A DNA stretch of 35,603 nucleotides, taken from an uncultured Candidatus Saccharibacteria bacterium. GTDB lineage: Bacteria > Patescibacteriota > Minisyncoccia > Phycocordibacterales > UBA2100. Of the stretch, positions 26,854-35,603 are shown piece after piece; position 1 is the stretch's first letter, and the number at the start of each line of letters is the position of its first letter. The position numbers were made by a program, and so were the translations under genes. The notes beneath the pieces are model-generated. The model was not told the DNA's origin, ran no database searches, and saw nothing but the letters and a program-made list of their open reading frames with translations. Where the stretch lies: assembly GCA_964528515.1 (NCBI GenBank), contig CAZGTE010000001.1, forward strand, positions 8,921-44,523, written 5' to 3'.

Positions 26854-27772
26854 CACCATTAACCAATTTAAGCACATCATCAAATCTACCATCCCTAGTA
26901 GAGCCTAGAACTACTACTACTATAGGTCTGCCTATACTAGCATCAAATACTATTACTAAGTTTCCACCTGCTAAGTTTGTGAATCCTGTCTTCCCTCCTA
27001 TTATTCCTGGTATACTCCCTACAATCCTATTAGTATTAACAGCTCTATGCTTTAATCCTGTAATAGACACACTGTTAAATTCTACAAAGGCTGTAGCCTC
27101 AAGCACCTCTGGCTTAACAATTGCCATATACGATAACAAAATTGCAATATCTCTAGCGGTGCTATAGCCTCCAGCCTTGCGCTCATTAATGTCTAGTCCA
27201 GATTCATTAAATAATACTGTAGATTGTAATCCTAGCTTTTTTACAAATCTATTCATCTTTATTACAAATTCCTCTCCTCCTCCAGCCTTATTTGCAAGAG
27301 CAGTAGAGGCATCATTAGATGACACAGATAGCATAAAATCAGATAACTCCCCCTCTCTCCAATAATCCCCAGCTATAAGTCCACTATCTCCCTCTGTATG
27401 TAAGTCTTCTTTTGAGATATCTACTATTGCCGAACTACCTAATTCATTCTCTGATACTAGGGCTGTTATTAATTTCGTTATTGACGCTATAGGAAGTTGC
27501 ATATCTATATTCTTACCGTATAGAATCTCTCCACTTTTTATATCATAGACTATTGCAGATCTGGCTATTACGCTAGCAGTAATCTTTTTATTTGGAACAT
27601 TGTGCTCTCTGTGTATTGCTAATATTGCTGAGGCTATCTGGTCTTCTTTCCATACGGCTTGCAACTTCGGCTCCATAATTATTGCTAATAATCCAAGAGT
27701 TACAGAACTTACAACGATACCAGCTATTATCATCTTAAATGTAGTTCTATTCTGCTTCTTTAATTCAGTCAT
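26846..27772 (-). CDS. D-alanyl-D-alanine carboxypeptidase (S11, PBP5-like)
   Basis: N-terminal TM/signal. SxxK (SITK), SxN (SSN in SVSSNDAS), KTG (GGKTGFT). Confidence 0.88.
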   Translation of the reverse strand: MTELKKQNRTTFKMIIAGIVVSSVTLGLLAIIMEPKLQAVWKEDQIASAILAIHREHNVPNKKITASVIARSAIVYDIKSGEILYGKNIDMQLPIASITKLITALVSENELGSSAIVDISKEDLHTEGDSGLIAGDYWREGELSDFMLSVSSNDASTALANKAGGGEEFVIKMNRFVKKLGLQSTVLFNESGLDINERKAGGYSTARDIAILLSYMAIVKPEVLEATAFVEFNSVSITGLKHRAVNTNRIVGSIPGIIGGKTGFTNLAGGNLVIVFDASIGRPIVVVVLGSTRDGRFDDVLKLVNGVI

Positions 27773-28298
27773 TTTGTTCTTCTTTATTATTCTGGAACTC
27801 TCTTATCCTTTCTTGAACCTCTTCTATCCTTGGTAATTCTGATATATTAGTTATCCCTAAGAATGATAATAGCTCTGCTGTTGGCTTATACCTATAACTC
27901 ATACCAGTGCGAACCTTCTTTAAGAAACCTCTGATAGTAAGCTGGCGCAATGTGTATCCAGAGTTTACCCCTCTTATTTGCTCCACTTCACCAGTGCTTA
28001 TGTCTCCTCCTTTACAGTACATTACTATAGAGAGCACTTCAAGTCCTGCCTTACTGATATCTTCATTTATCTTATCTTCTCGCAATTGTTTAATCAGTTG
28101 ATTATACTTATCAGAGACGCGCATTAGTACCATACTATCATCTGCCACTAGCACCATACCTCTATTAAGATTATTGTATTCTTGAATATTCGTAATTAGG
28201 TCGTCATTACTAATATTAAGAACTTTACATAAATTCTTTATAGATATTTCTCCTCCTTCAGAGAATATCACTGCTTCTATCTTAGTTAGATTATCCAT
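27765..28298 (-). CDS. scpB: Segregation and condensation protein B
   Basis: IEAVIFSEGGEISIKNL start typical of ScpB. Two winged-helix-like halves. Downstream of scpA. Confidence 0.85.
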   Translation of the reverse strand: MDNLTKIEAVIFSEGGEISIKNLCKVLNISNDDLITNIQEYNNLNRGMVLVADDSMVLMRVSDKYNQLIKQLREDKINEDISKAGLEVLSIVMYCKGGDISTGEVEQIRGVNSGYTLRQLTIRGFLKKVRTGMSYRYKPTAELLSFLGITNISELPRIEEVQERIREFQNNKEEQND

Positions 28299-28320
28299 AA
28301 AGCATTATCATATCATAATA

Positions 28321-29052
28321 TTACCTACCTATCATAATGTCTCCATATGTACCATCTTGCTTTGCAAGTAATACTCCGTCCTTAATTAATTCTAGGAGGG
28401 CTAAGAAGCTTGTGAGCACCTCTTGCTTATTACTACCTGAGAGATTAGTGAAGTTATTTTGTACTCCTGCCTCTACCCTACTTAATAATGAATGCATCAC
28501 TTCTTTTATGTTGATTTTTTCTTCTATTTCTACCCTTGGCTTATTATCTACCTTTGGCAATTGCTCAAGCACACCCTGCATCACATCACCTAAAACAGTG
28601 AGGTTCAACCTCACTGTTGGGACGAAGGTTTTGGCTTCAGAACTATTATTTATACCTATACTGGGCCTTGGAGCATAATATGATTTATTGCTCTTTATGT
28701 GTTCTGCTAATATATTATTAGCGTATTTATATATACTATAGAGCTCTAGCTTACTCTCAAGATCTTTAATATTCTCCTCCTCTTCCATTGTTATCACAAG
28801 ACTTGGCAATAGTGACTTAGACTTAATCAAGAGTAGTGTGGCAGCAATTACAATAAAGTTTGCTATATCAGAGTTATCTACCTCATCTAAACCCTTAACA
28901 TATCCTATGTAATCATCTGCAACCTTAGCTAAAGAGACCTCACTTATGTGCATCTTACGCCTCTTGACCATCTCAAGTAGTGCCTCTAGAGATCCGCTAA
29001 ACTCCCCCACTACGATATTAAAGTTATTATCTGTCATACTACTTGATGTCAA
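28321..29052 (-). CDS. scpA: Segregation and condensation protein A (kleisin)
   Basis: FSGSLEALLEMVKRRKMHISEVSLAKVADDY matches the ScpA N-terminal pattern (F.GPLDLLL.LI....I.I..I....I..QY). Paired with scpB. Confidence 0.85.
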   Translation of the reverse strand: MTSSSMTDNNFNIVVGEFSGSLEALLEMVKRRKMHISEVSLAKVADDYIGYVKGLDEVDNSDIANFIVIAATLLLIKSKSLLPSLVITMEEEENIKDLESKLELYSIYKYANNILAEHIKSNKSYYAPRPSIGINNSSEAKTFVPTVRLNLTVLGDVMQGVLEQLPKVDNKPRVEIEEKINIKEVMHSLLSRVEAGVQNNFTNLSGSNKQEVLTSFLALLELIKDGVLLAKQDGTYGDIMIGR

Positions 29053-30211
29053 GCTGTCTATTAAGCATTACCATAAATAGTGTCGCCCCTGCAGCAATGA
29101 TAAATACTATGCGTATATTATCAAAATAGAATACTAGGGCCCCTACTACTAATAACATTAGTATCCTGCCGATATTAAGTGCAATCTCTTTTAATGTTGT
29201 AAATTCGTCTACAAAGTGTCCATTATCTGCAGCGTGTTCATATGTAGCCGAGTCGAAGCTCATCCTATTAGCTGCCCTACCAAGTCTATGATATGTGTCT
29301 GTTATAAATATCTGGAATGCACTATCTACAAATACCTTAACAATCCATCCAGTAGTGGCAAGTATTGTACTGTATCTGAGCATCTTATCCTCTCCTATCT
29401 TATCTATGAATTTGCCAACCACTACATTAAGAATCATTATTACAATTATTGTAAGTGATGTGACAAATCCTATAGAATTCAAATTACCATCCAGTATTTC
29501 AAATATAAATATTGGCCACACTACTATAGTGACAACTGACTGAGCTCCATCTGCTATATATGCATATAATAATCCTCTATTACCCTTATTAAATAAGTGC
29601 TTAAATGTCTCAAAATATCCCCATGCATATCTCTCATATACTTGGACTATGAAGTATGTCGGTATGAGAGTTGTGAATAGAACAAGAGCAGCAAATGCAA
29701 ATATATTACTGAAGCCAAATGCAGTAATAAGAAGTCCACCAATAAGTGGAGTAGCGGCATTCATAGCCTGTAAGACATTTATATATACTGCCATATTCGC
29801 ACCAGTCTTACCTTTCACTAAGTACTTCGTAAGGTCTGTCTGGAATGGAACCCAGTATAGTGCTCTATATAATGATATTGATATTACAAATATAGTTACT
29901 GCTATTACTGGATGCGCATTAGCATAATATAATGCTCCTATAGACAAGGCGCTGGGAGGTACTGATAATAATAGCATCTTGCGTACACCTAATGTGCCAA
30001 TTAACATTGAGCTAATTGGTGTCCAGAGAATACCAAGGACATATATAGAGATATATATAATCAGTAATATATATAATGATTCATCAAATAATTTATAAAA
30101 GAATATCGGTAGGAATACACCAATAAGACCGAAGCCGAGTCTAAATAGTAATCTATTAGTAAGTAGGGCAAAAATATCTTTAGGTAAGTTTAAGTGTAAT
30201 TTATGCTTCAT
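29039..30211 (-). CDS. MFS-type transporter
   Basis: About 12 predicted TM helices in two halves. No substrate-specific motif recognised. Confidence 0.7.
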   Translation of the reverse strand: MKHKLHLNLPKDIFALLTNRLLFRLGFGLIGVFLPIFFYKLFDESLYILLIIYISIYVLGILWTPISSMLIGTLGVRKMLLLSVPPSALSIGALYYANAHPVIAVTIFVISISLYRALYWVPFQTDLTKYLVKGKTGANMAVYINVLQAMNAATPLIGGLLITAFGFSNIFAFAALVLFTTLIPTYFIVQVYERYAWGYFETFKHLFNKGNRGLLYAYIADGAQSVVTIVVWPIFIFEILDGNLNSIGFVTSLTIIVIMILNVVVGKFIDKIGEDKMLRYSTILATTGWIVKVFVDSAFQIFITDTYHRLGRAANRMSFDSATYEHAADNGHFVDEFTTLKEIALNIGRILMLLVVGALVFYFDNIRIVFIIAAGATLFMVMLNRQLDIK

Positions 30212-30218
30212 TCTAAAT

Positions 30219-30246
30219 ATTGTAGCATGTAAAGATAGGCTACAAA
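30219..30246 (-). promoter_or_regulatory. Promoter: -35-like TTTGTA, 16-nt spacer, extended -10 TGCTACAAT, 7 nt before ATG 30211
   Basis: TGCTACAAT at 30219-30227 and TTTGTA at 30241-30246 on the minus strand. Confidence 0.45.
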
Positions 30247-30249
30247 TGA

Positions 30250-31209
30250 CTAATCCACCAGTGTGGCATTAGTAACAGCATCAAGAATTTTATCTATATC
30301 TCCATTTAGTACATTTTCCATACCACTCCAAGACTCCTTAATCCTGTGATCTGTAATACGGTCTTGGGGGAAGTTGTATGTGCGTATCTTCTCGCTCCTG
30401 TCTCCTGTGCCTATCTGCCCAGCGCGGAACTCGCTCCTCTCTCTGGCCTCTCTTTCATCTTGTCTTTGTTGTAATTGTGATGCAAGCATATTCATTGCCT
30501 TCTCTCTATTCTTGCCTTGTGTGCGCTCTGCAGTACAACGCACCATAATACCAGTCTCCTTATGTGTAAGCCTAACAGCTGTCTCTACCTTATTAACATT
30601 CTGCCCACCTTTGCCTCCGGCTCTGGAGAACTCTATCTCTAGGTCTGAGTCAGAGAGCTCTACTGTGGTGTGTTTATATATTGGCATTATCGCTACACTT
30701 GCCGTGCTTGTATGTATCCTGCCCTGCTTCTCTGTGACGGGGACTCTCTGCACCCTGTGTACACCCGTCTCATATTGTAATGTCTTGTAGCAATCCTTGC
30801 CTTTAATCTCAAATGCTGCCTCCTTGTAGCCTCCCATATCATTAGTATTCTGATATAGATTAGTGACTATCCAGCTCTTCTTGTCTGCAAATCTCTGATA
30901 CATCTCTGCAAGTTGCATAGCAAAGAGCGCCGCCTCATCTCCGCCTGCGCCAGCGCGCACCTCAAGCACCATCTCATTAGGGAATTTGCGCTCCTCATCA
31001 TCACTCTTAACTATCTTCAATATTTGCTCTTGTACAGCTGTCTTTTGTTGGTCTATTGAGGAAAGTTCTATCTCTGCAAGCTCTGCCATATCCTTGTCTT
31101 CTGCTAGCTCCTTATTCTCGTCCTCTTGCTCAATAAGACGCCTGTACTCATTTACAAGAAAAGCAGTCTTATGATCACTAGCGTAATCATCTATATTAAA
31201 TTTATTCAT
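30250..31209 (-). CDS. prfA: Peptide chain release factor 1 (short domain 1)
   Basis: RF1 tripeptide PVT ([14 protein letters not shown]) and GGQ ([17 protein letters not shown]). 319 aa. Confidence 0.93.
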   Translation of the reverse strand: MNKFNIDDYASDHKTAFLVNEYRRLIEQEDENKELAEDKDMAELAEIELSSIDQQKTAVQEQILKIVKSDDEERKFPNEMVLEVRAGAGGDEAALFAMQLAEMYQRFADKKSWIVTNLYQNTNDMGGYKEAAFEIKGKDCYKTLQYETGVHRVQRVPVTEKQGRIHTSTASVAIMPIYKHTTVELSDSDLEIEFSRAGGKGGQNVNKVETAVRLTHKETGIMVRCTAERTQGKNREKAMNMLASQLQQRQDEREARERSEFRAGQIGTGDRSEKIRTYNFPQDRITDHRIKESWSGMENVLNGDIDKILDAVTNATLVD

Positions 31210-31220
31210 TATTAATGAAG

Positions 31221-31472
31221 TTACTTCTTGGCGGCTTTGACTCTAGTCTTGAACTTCTCTACGCGTCCTGCTCTGTCTATAGTAGTATTCTTACCAGTGT
31301 AGAATGGGTGAGATGCACTTGAGATTTCTACCTCATATAGTGGATACTCCTTATCCTCAAACTTCCCTGTTGCCTTAGTCTCTACACAAGACCCAAGCAA
31401 GAAGCTCTCGCCACTAGTATTGTCTTTAAATATTACCTGCCTATAATTATCTGGGTGTATGTCTTTTTTCAT
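31221..31472 (-). CDS. rpmE: 50S ribosomal protein L31 (type B, non-zinc form)
   Basis: MKKDIHP... and HPFYTG motifs. Lacks the CxxC pairs of zinc-binding L31. Confidence 0.9.
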   Translation of the reverse strand: MKKDIHPDNYRQVIFKDNTSGESFLLGSCVETKATGKFEDKEYPLYEVEISSASHPFYTGKNTTIDRAGRVEKFKTRVKAAKK

Positions 31473-31498
31473 TATGAGAGAATTATACAGAAAAATAT

Positions 31499-32836
31499 TT
31501 AATTTTCAAGTGTTTTGATGTCTCTGACATATCTATCACGCCACTCCATTACTTGGTCTCCATACCACCAGAACTCACTCCTCTTTGCATTACGCCAACC
31601 AGCAAAATATCGTACAGATGCCCTATGCTCTGCAAAGCGAGTGCCCCTATCTGCTCCATTGTCCTTCATTAGTAATGCATTGGCAAATACTGCCGTGCGA
31701 GGATCCCAAGGATTTGGTGGGATCTGTCCAGTGGCACGACCAATTTTCTCTTGATACATAACCCAAGTAGATGGTATAAATTGTGCTGGTCCCATTGCGC
31801 CACCCCAGCCATATCCACATGGCTTACCTGGACCAGCAGCTCTACGCGCCGCCGCAGAGCATGGCCGCGCTGATATCGGCACCTTGTCTGGGTCCATTCC
31901 TAGCTCAGCCATAATCTTTAAGAATACTGGCTTGTCACGAGTAGGATGCATATCCTTGTACCATTTACCAAAGCCTAAGTTCCTACCTAAATTAGTCTCT
32001 ACTGTAAGTATTGCAAGTATAAGCGCTGGATTTACACCTGTCAGCGCACCTGCTTCCTTAGCGTAGCCAAGCATTGTTCCAAATGATATGTCTCCAGTAT
32101 TAGAGTCGCGTAATTCAAAGAGCTTTGCGCGTATTTGTGTTACAGAGCGCTGTTTTTCTTTAATTGTGTCTTTGTATATCTCCTCATCACTACGAGCATC
32201 ATTTACTAATGAGTCTTTCTCTCTCTTATCTAAGACCACCTCTTGACGCTGCATCTCTTGAATTATTCTTAGTCTTTCTTGGTCTCCACGAACCTCTGTA
32301 AGATCGTCTTGCTCATTTCGCAATCCTTCTTGTGTCTTATATATTTCTTTAAATGATTTATTTAGAGCTTCTTTAATTGCACTGAATCTGTCAATATTTA
32401 AGAATATCTCTGAGAAGGTCTTACTACCAAGTATAATTTCTACAAATGATATATTACCGTACCTATTTGTCTTTCGTAATAATTGTGCCATACCCCCCTT
32501 CTCTCTTTCTATCTTCTCGTCTAGATCTTCTATCGTTGAATCCTTGTCTCTTATGTCATAATTAATATATTCAATCTCTAATGATCGTTTTTGTATCATT
32601 CTACTTGCTCTATCTATCTCTCTTTTTAGAACTGCTGAGGCACTCTCATAACCCTGCCTCTCCTCTCTCTTATTCATCAACTTGATACGCTCTGCTTGTA
32701 TCTGCATCTCTTGTTGTACTATCTGATTCCTTAGCTCAGCGCGCGCAGCTTCAACCTCCGCCTCACTCTGCTGAGCCAGAGCTACCTCAGATACTGAGAA
32801 TACTAAAATTAAAATTATTAAAAAATATCTCCTCAT
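31499..32836 (-). CDS. Secreted coiled-coil protein with C-terminal MltB/SLT_2-like lytic transglycosylase domain
   Basis: Signal peptide ([23 protein letters not shown]). About 210 aa of heptad-like charged sequence. Then [10 protein letters not shown] (catalytic Glu context) and [13 protein letters not shown], typical of MltB-type enzymes. Confidence 0.75.
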   Translation of the reverse strand: MRRYFLIILILVFSVSEVALAQQSEAEVEAARAELRNQIVQQEMQIQAERIKLMNKREERQGYESASAVLKREIDRASRMIQKRSLEIEYINYDIRDKDSTIEDLDEKIEREKGGMAQLLRKTNRYGNISFVEIILGSKTFSEIFLNIDRFSAIKEALNKSFKEIYKTQEGLRNEQDDLTEVRGDQERLRIIQEMQRQEVVLDKREKDSLVNDARSDEEIYKDTIKEKQRSVTQIRAKLFELRDSNTGDISFGTMLGYAKEAGALTGVNPALILAILTVETNLGRNLGFGKWYKDMHPTRDKPVFLKIMAELGMDPDKVPISARPCSAAARRAAGPGKPCGYGWGGAMGPAQFIPSTWVMYQEKIGRATGQIPPNPWDPRTAVFANALLMKDNGADRGTRFAEHRASVRYFAGWRNAKRSEFWWYGDQVMEWRDRYVRDIKTLEN

Positions 32837-32844
32837 AAGTTTTT

Positions 32845-32853
32845 ATTATAACA
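32845..32853 (-). promoter_or_regulatory. Extended -10 promoter TGTTATAAT, 8 nt before ATG 32836
   Basis: Exact TGnTATAAT on the minus strand in the divergent spacer. Confidence 0.5.
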
Positions 32854-32867
32854 CAATTCTTGGAGAA

Positions 32868-34061
32868 GTGCTGTATAATATACAAGTGTTAGATAGAACA
32901 TTTAAAAACAATAACGGCGTAAGGGTATTATACACACTTAATTTCTTACTCGGTGCTCATATTGCTCTAGTTATATTTTTTAATGCTAACTTTTTAGAGA
33001 GTCATGGAATATCTGCCACATGGTTAGGGAGCTTGTATATTATTGGATCATTACTTAGTCTGCCTGTATATTACATATTGCCACATCTATTAAATAAATT
33101 TGGCTTATATAAATTATTATCTGTAGTTACTGTACTAGAAATATTTCTTTTTATAGGTATTGGATTCAGTACATATGTTCCAGCTGTTCTAGTAATGTTC
33201 ACAATAGCATTAGTGCTATCTGTACCACTATTTTACGGCTTAGACATACTACTTGAGGCAAATACACATGATGAAGGCAGTACAGGAGATGGGCGTAGTT
33301 CATTTTTAACAATGATTAACTTAGCATATGTAATCTTCCCATTTATCGCTGGACTTATTCTTAAATATTTAGGATTTAGTAGTCTTTATTTATTGTCAGC
33401 ATTATTATTACTGCCGTTTTTATTCTTATTATATAAGAGCTTTAAGAAGTTCAAAGATCCAATCTATAAGAAACTGAATCTATTACCTACACTTACAAGA
33501 CTATCTAAAAATTCTGACCTAAGGAACATATTCATAATACAATTCTTGCTCCGTTTCTTCTTCTCTTGGATGGTAATCTATATGACCATATATCTACATC
33601 AGTATATTGGATTTTCTCTAGCATCTATCGGTATTATATTCTCTGTAATGCTCTTACCATTTGTATTACTTGAGTATCCTCTTGGGCATTATGTAAGTAA
33701 ATATTATGGAGAGAAAGAGTTCTTAATATTAGGCTTTATAATTATAGCTGCGTCATCGTATTATCTATCATTCATAACTACTGCGGACTTTGCTCTATGG
33801 ATGCTTGTCCTATTTATCACGCGCGTAGGAGCTGCAATCATAGAGGTAATGAACGAAGTATACTTCTTCAAACAAGTGGACGGCTCTGATACTGATACTA
33901 TAAGCGCCTTCCGTATGCTTATCCCCATAGCTTACATATTAGGACCACTAGTAGGTACGATATTACTCTTACTTATGCCGATGCAATATATATTTGGCAT
34001 ACTAGGCATCATTATGCTAACTGGTATACTAGCAAGTATTAGACTCACAGACACTAGGTAG
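32868..34061 (+). CDS. MFS-type transporter
   Basis: About 12 TM helices. The track start is GTG 32868. An alternative GTG at 32886 lies 6 nt after TATAAT (32874-32879) and fits the local promoter geometry. Confidence 0.7.
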   Translation: MLYNIQVLDRTFKNNNGVRVLYTLNFLLGAHIALVIFFNANFLESHGISATWLGSLYIIGSLLSLPVYYILPHLLNKFGLYKLLSVVTVLEIFLFIGIGFSTYVPAVLVMFTIALVLSVPLFYGLDILLEANTHDEGSTGDGRSSFLTMINLAYVIFPFIAGLILKYLGFSSLYLLSALLLLPFLFLLYKSFKKFKDPIYKKLNLLPTLTRLSKNSDLRNIFIIQFLLRFFFSWMVIYMTIYLHQYIGFSLASIGIIFSVMLLPFVLLEYPLGHYVSKYYGEKEFLILGFIIIAASSYYLSFITTADFALWMLVLFITRVGAAIIEVMNEVYFFKQVDGSDTDTISAFRMLIPIAYILGPLVGTILLLLMPMQYIFGILGIIMLTGILASIRLTDTR

Positions 34062-34078
34062 TAATACGTATTATTACT
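34060..34078. terminator. AT-only hairpin between convergent genes (possible bidirectional terminator)
   Basis: AGTAATA / TATTACT 7-bp stem with a 5-nt loop, overlapping both stop codons. Weak stem and no clear U-tract. Confidence 0.25.
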
Positions 34079-34749
34079 TAGCCTTCTTTACTTTCTTTTT
34101 CTTTAGAATCTTCTGTTGTATCTGCTGATGCATCTCCGTCAGTGTTATCGCCGTCAGTGTCTGGTGCCATTGCGTCACCCACTGGCGCTGATAGGTCTTC
34201 TTCTACTGCCTCACTCACAGATGCAATAGCATCATTACTCTCTAATGTTGTAGTCGCACTCTCTGGTAAGTCTAGGTCTGCTACGGTTATAGTACTTTGC
34301 AAGTCTACAAGCTTAGTTAGGTCTACCACTATATTCTGAGGTAATTCACTTGGGCGTACCTCTATCTCTAGCTCATGCATAACCTTGGTTACTACTCCGC
34401 CGAGCTTCTCTACTGGTGCCTCGCCTACGAATTCAAGTGGTACACTTACTGTAAGCTTCTTACCTCTCTCTATAATATAGAAGTCTATGTGTATTGCTTC
34501 ATCAGTAATTGGATGCCATTGCACGGTTTTTATAAGAGCTTCTTTGTCTTCTCCTAGTCCTTTAAGTATTACGATGGTACTCTCACCGGCGTCTTTCCAT
34601 ATCTTCTCAAAATCTTTAGCATTCACAGAGATTGACATTGTGTCCTCTTGTGGACCATAGAATACTGCTGGTACATTGCCCTCCTCTCTGGTAGTGTCTA
34701 CTCCGCCAGCACGAGCCGTGATATTTACTGTAATTGTATTAGTTGTCAT
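34078..34749 (-). CDS. rplY: 50S ribosomal protein L25 / general stress protein Ctc form
   Basis: N-terminal R.....EGNVPAVFYG pattern, central beta domain, long acidic C-terminal tail. Confidence 0.88.
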   Translation of the reverse strand: MTTNTITVNITARAGGVDTTREEGNVPAVFYGPQEDTMSISVNAKDFEKIWKDAGESTIVILKGLGEDKEALIKTVQWHPITDEAIHIDFYIIERGKKLTVSVPLEFVGEAPVEKLGGVVTKVMHELEIEVRPSELPQNIVVDLTKLVDLQSTITVADLDLPESATTTLESNDAIASVSEAVEEDLSAPVGDAMAPDTDGDNTDGDASADTTEDSKEKESKEG

Positions 34750-34779
34750 TGCGCCGTAGTATATATATTATTAATAAAA

Positions 34780-34808
34780 TTGCAACTACATTATTTACAA
34801 GGTATACT
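34780..34808 (+). promoter_or_regulatory. Promoter: -35 TTGCAA, 17-nt spacer, -10 TATACT
   Basis: TTGCAA at 34780-34785 and TATACT at 34803-34808. The ATG of the first small ORF is 32 nt downstream of the hexamer. Confidence 0.45.
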
Positions 34809-34840
34809 AATTATTAATTATAAGTTAATTTATTTTATTT

Positions 34841-35053
34841 ATGTTTGAGAATTTGCAAAATTTACCAAAAAATACAAATGAGAGATTAGGTGAAGACTCT
34901 TATCAGATTATTGAAAATATAAATAGGCTTCTAAATGATATCTCTGGAGAATTCTCAAAGCTTGCAGATAAAGATCTTAAGCTTGCTGGACTAGATGAGT
35001 TATCCAGCGCTCGTCATTTTACAGACGCAGTTGGTGCTATAATATCTAAATAA
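34841..35053 (+). CDS. Hypothetical small acidic helical protein (70 aa)
   Basis: Intact ORF behind a good promoter. TAATG overlap with the next ORF. No recognisable family. Confidence 0.5.
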   Translation: MFENLQNLPKNTNERLGEDSYQIIENINRLLNDISGEFSKLADKDLKLAGLDELSSARHFTDAVGAIISK

Positions 35054-35283
35054 TGAATTCAGACATAGACACAAAGACTGTTGCCGCAATAGTTGGACGA
35101 ATTAAGGCTGCTAGCGGTAAGCCAATAGATGAGGAGAGGCTTTCTATTGTCCTTAATAACTCATTGCAACAATTAAAAGAACAAGACTCAAAGAAATATC
35201 TTGAAGTAATTAAAGACCTAAGTCACAAACTCGAGGCAATGGCTGCAGAAATTGGAAAATTGAAGAGCCAATCTAAGGAATAA
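35053..35283 (+). CDS. Hypothetical small helical/coiled-coil protein (76 aa)
   Basis: Translationally coupled to the preceding ORF. C-terminal heptad-like KDLSHKLEAMAAEIGKLKSQ. Confidence 0.5.
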   Translation: MNSDIDTKTVAAIVGRIKAASGKPIDEERLSIVLNNSLQQLKEQDSKKYLEVIKDLSHKLEAMAAEIGKLKSQSKE

Positions 35284-35288
35284 TCACC

Positions 35289-35450
35289 TTACCTATTACG
35301 ATATAATTCAAATGACTTTAGTAGTCTTTCGGTCGCTTCAAGCACTGATGCCATTTGATTTTGAGTACCTATGGTTGTTTGAGGAGTTGCTCTTTTTTCT
35401 CCTTCAATCTTCCACTCTCCAGAGCGGCATACAAAATAAGCGCCCATCAC
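35289..35450 (-). CDS. Possible short convergent ORF (about 53 aa from GTG/ATG), part of a 98-codon open frame lacking an upstream canonical start
   Basis: Hand translation of the minus strand gives a protein-like sequence (...SHPDIKGVYEVVMGAYFVCRSGEWKIEGEKRATPQ...LLKSFELYRNR*). The frame is open from 35582, but the first ATG/GTG is at 35447-35450. Confidence 0.25.
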   Translation of the reverse strand: MMGAYFVCRSGEWKIEGEKRATPQTTIGTQNQMASVLEATERLLKSFELYRNR

Positions 35451-35603
35451 AACCTCATAAACACCTTTAATATCTGGATGAGATATTCTATTTGTCTTTC
35501 CACCTTCAGTGTATGTCTCAAGTTCATTGTTACTGTATCCAAGACAAGTGACAGATACCCCTAATTTAAGACACTTTTTGCGTTAAAATTATCAACATTA
35601 ACG

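Noticed and set aside
31790-31900. Local GC spike (about 55-65 percent over ~100 nt versus about one-third elsewhere), considered as a sign of horizontally acquired DNA or a hidden RNA
   Set aside because: It coincides exactly with an Ala/Gly/Pro/Arg/Cys-rich loop ([26 protein letters not shown]) of the transglycosylase domain. Amino-acid composition explains it, and no separate structure is evident.
35355-35564. 69-aa plus-strand ORF at the window end
   Set aside because: Its Cys/Ser/Phe/Leu-rich composition is implausible. It is antisense to a more protein-like open frame, and no promoter or coupling signal is present.

Overview
AT-rich (roughly one-third GC by eye), very compact bacterial window. 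About 36 protein genes, nearly all on the minus strand, with spacers mostly 0-50 nt and frequent start/stop overlaps. Most of it is housekeeping. From high to low coordinates on the minus strand: rplY, a secreted coiled-coil lytic transglycosylase, rpmE, prfA, an MFS transporter, scpA-scpB, a D-Ala-D-Ala carboxypeptidase, mraY, ftsW, xfp (phosphoketolase) with an acetate-kinase-family gene, a frameshifted nucleotidyltransferase, a complete F1Fo operon (atpBEFHAGDC), prfB, mltG, clpB, ftsE-ftsX, pyrG and ftsH. Both RF1 and RF2 are present and TGA ends ORFs, so the standard code 11 applies. Shortened core proteins (epsilon, delta, RF1, RF2, Ack), missing Shine-Dalgarno sequences and VirB2/TrbC-like mini-pilins fit a reduced Patescibacteria/CPR-like genome; this is an inference, not verified. 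I found no CRISPR array, tRNA/rRNA, transposase, integrase or recognisable defence system. The parts worth a second look are: (1) a candidate ~96-nt structured small RNA on the plus strand with its own strong promoter and intrinsic terminator, antisense to the ORF135-prfB junction; (2) a repeated TGnTAWWAT extended -10 placed 6-8 nt from start codons, implying leaderless mRNAs; (3) a leaderless 21-codon hydrophobic uORF coupled by TAATG to xfp; (4) three tandem pilin-like two-TM paralogs; (5) an uncharacterised 441-aa membrane protein; (6) an RNHCP zinc-ribbon gene and a basic 135-aa gene appended directly to the atp operon; (7) a coupled pair of small helical proteins at the 3' end of the window. 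All functional calls come from motif recognition by eye, and no searches were run.
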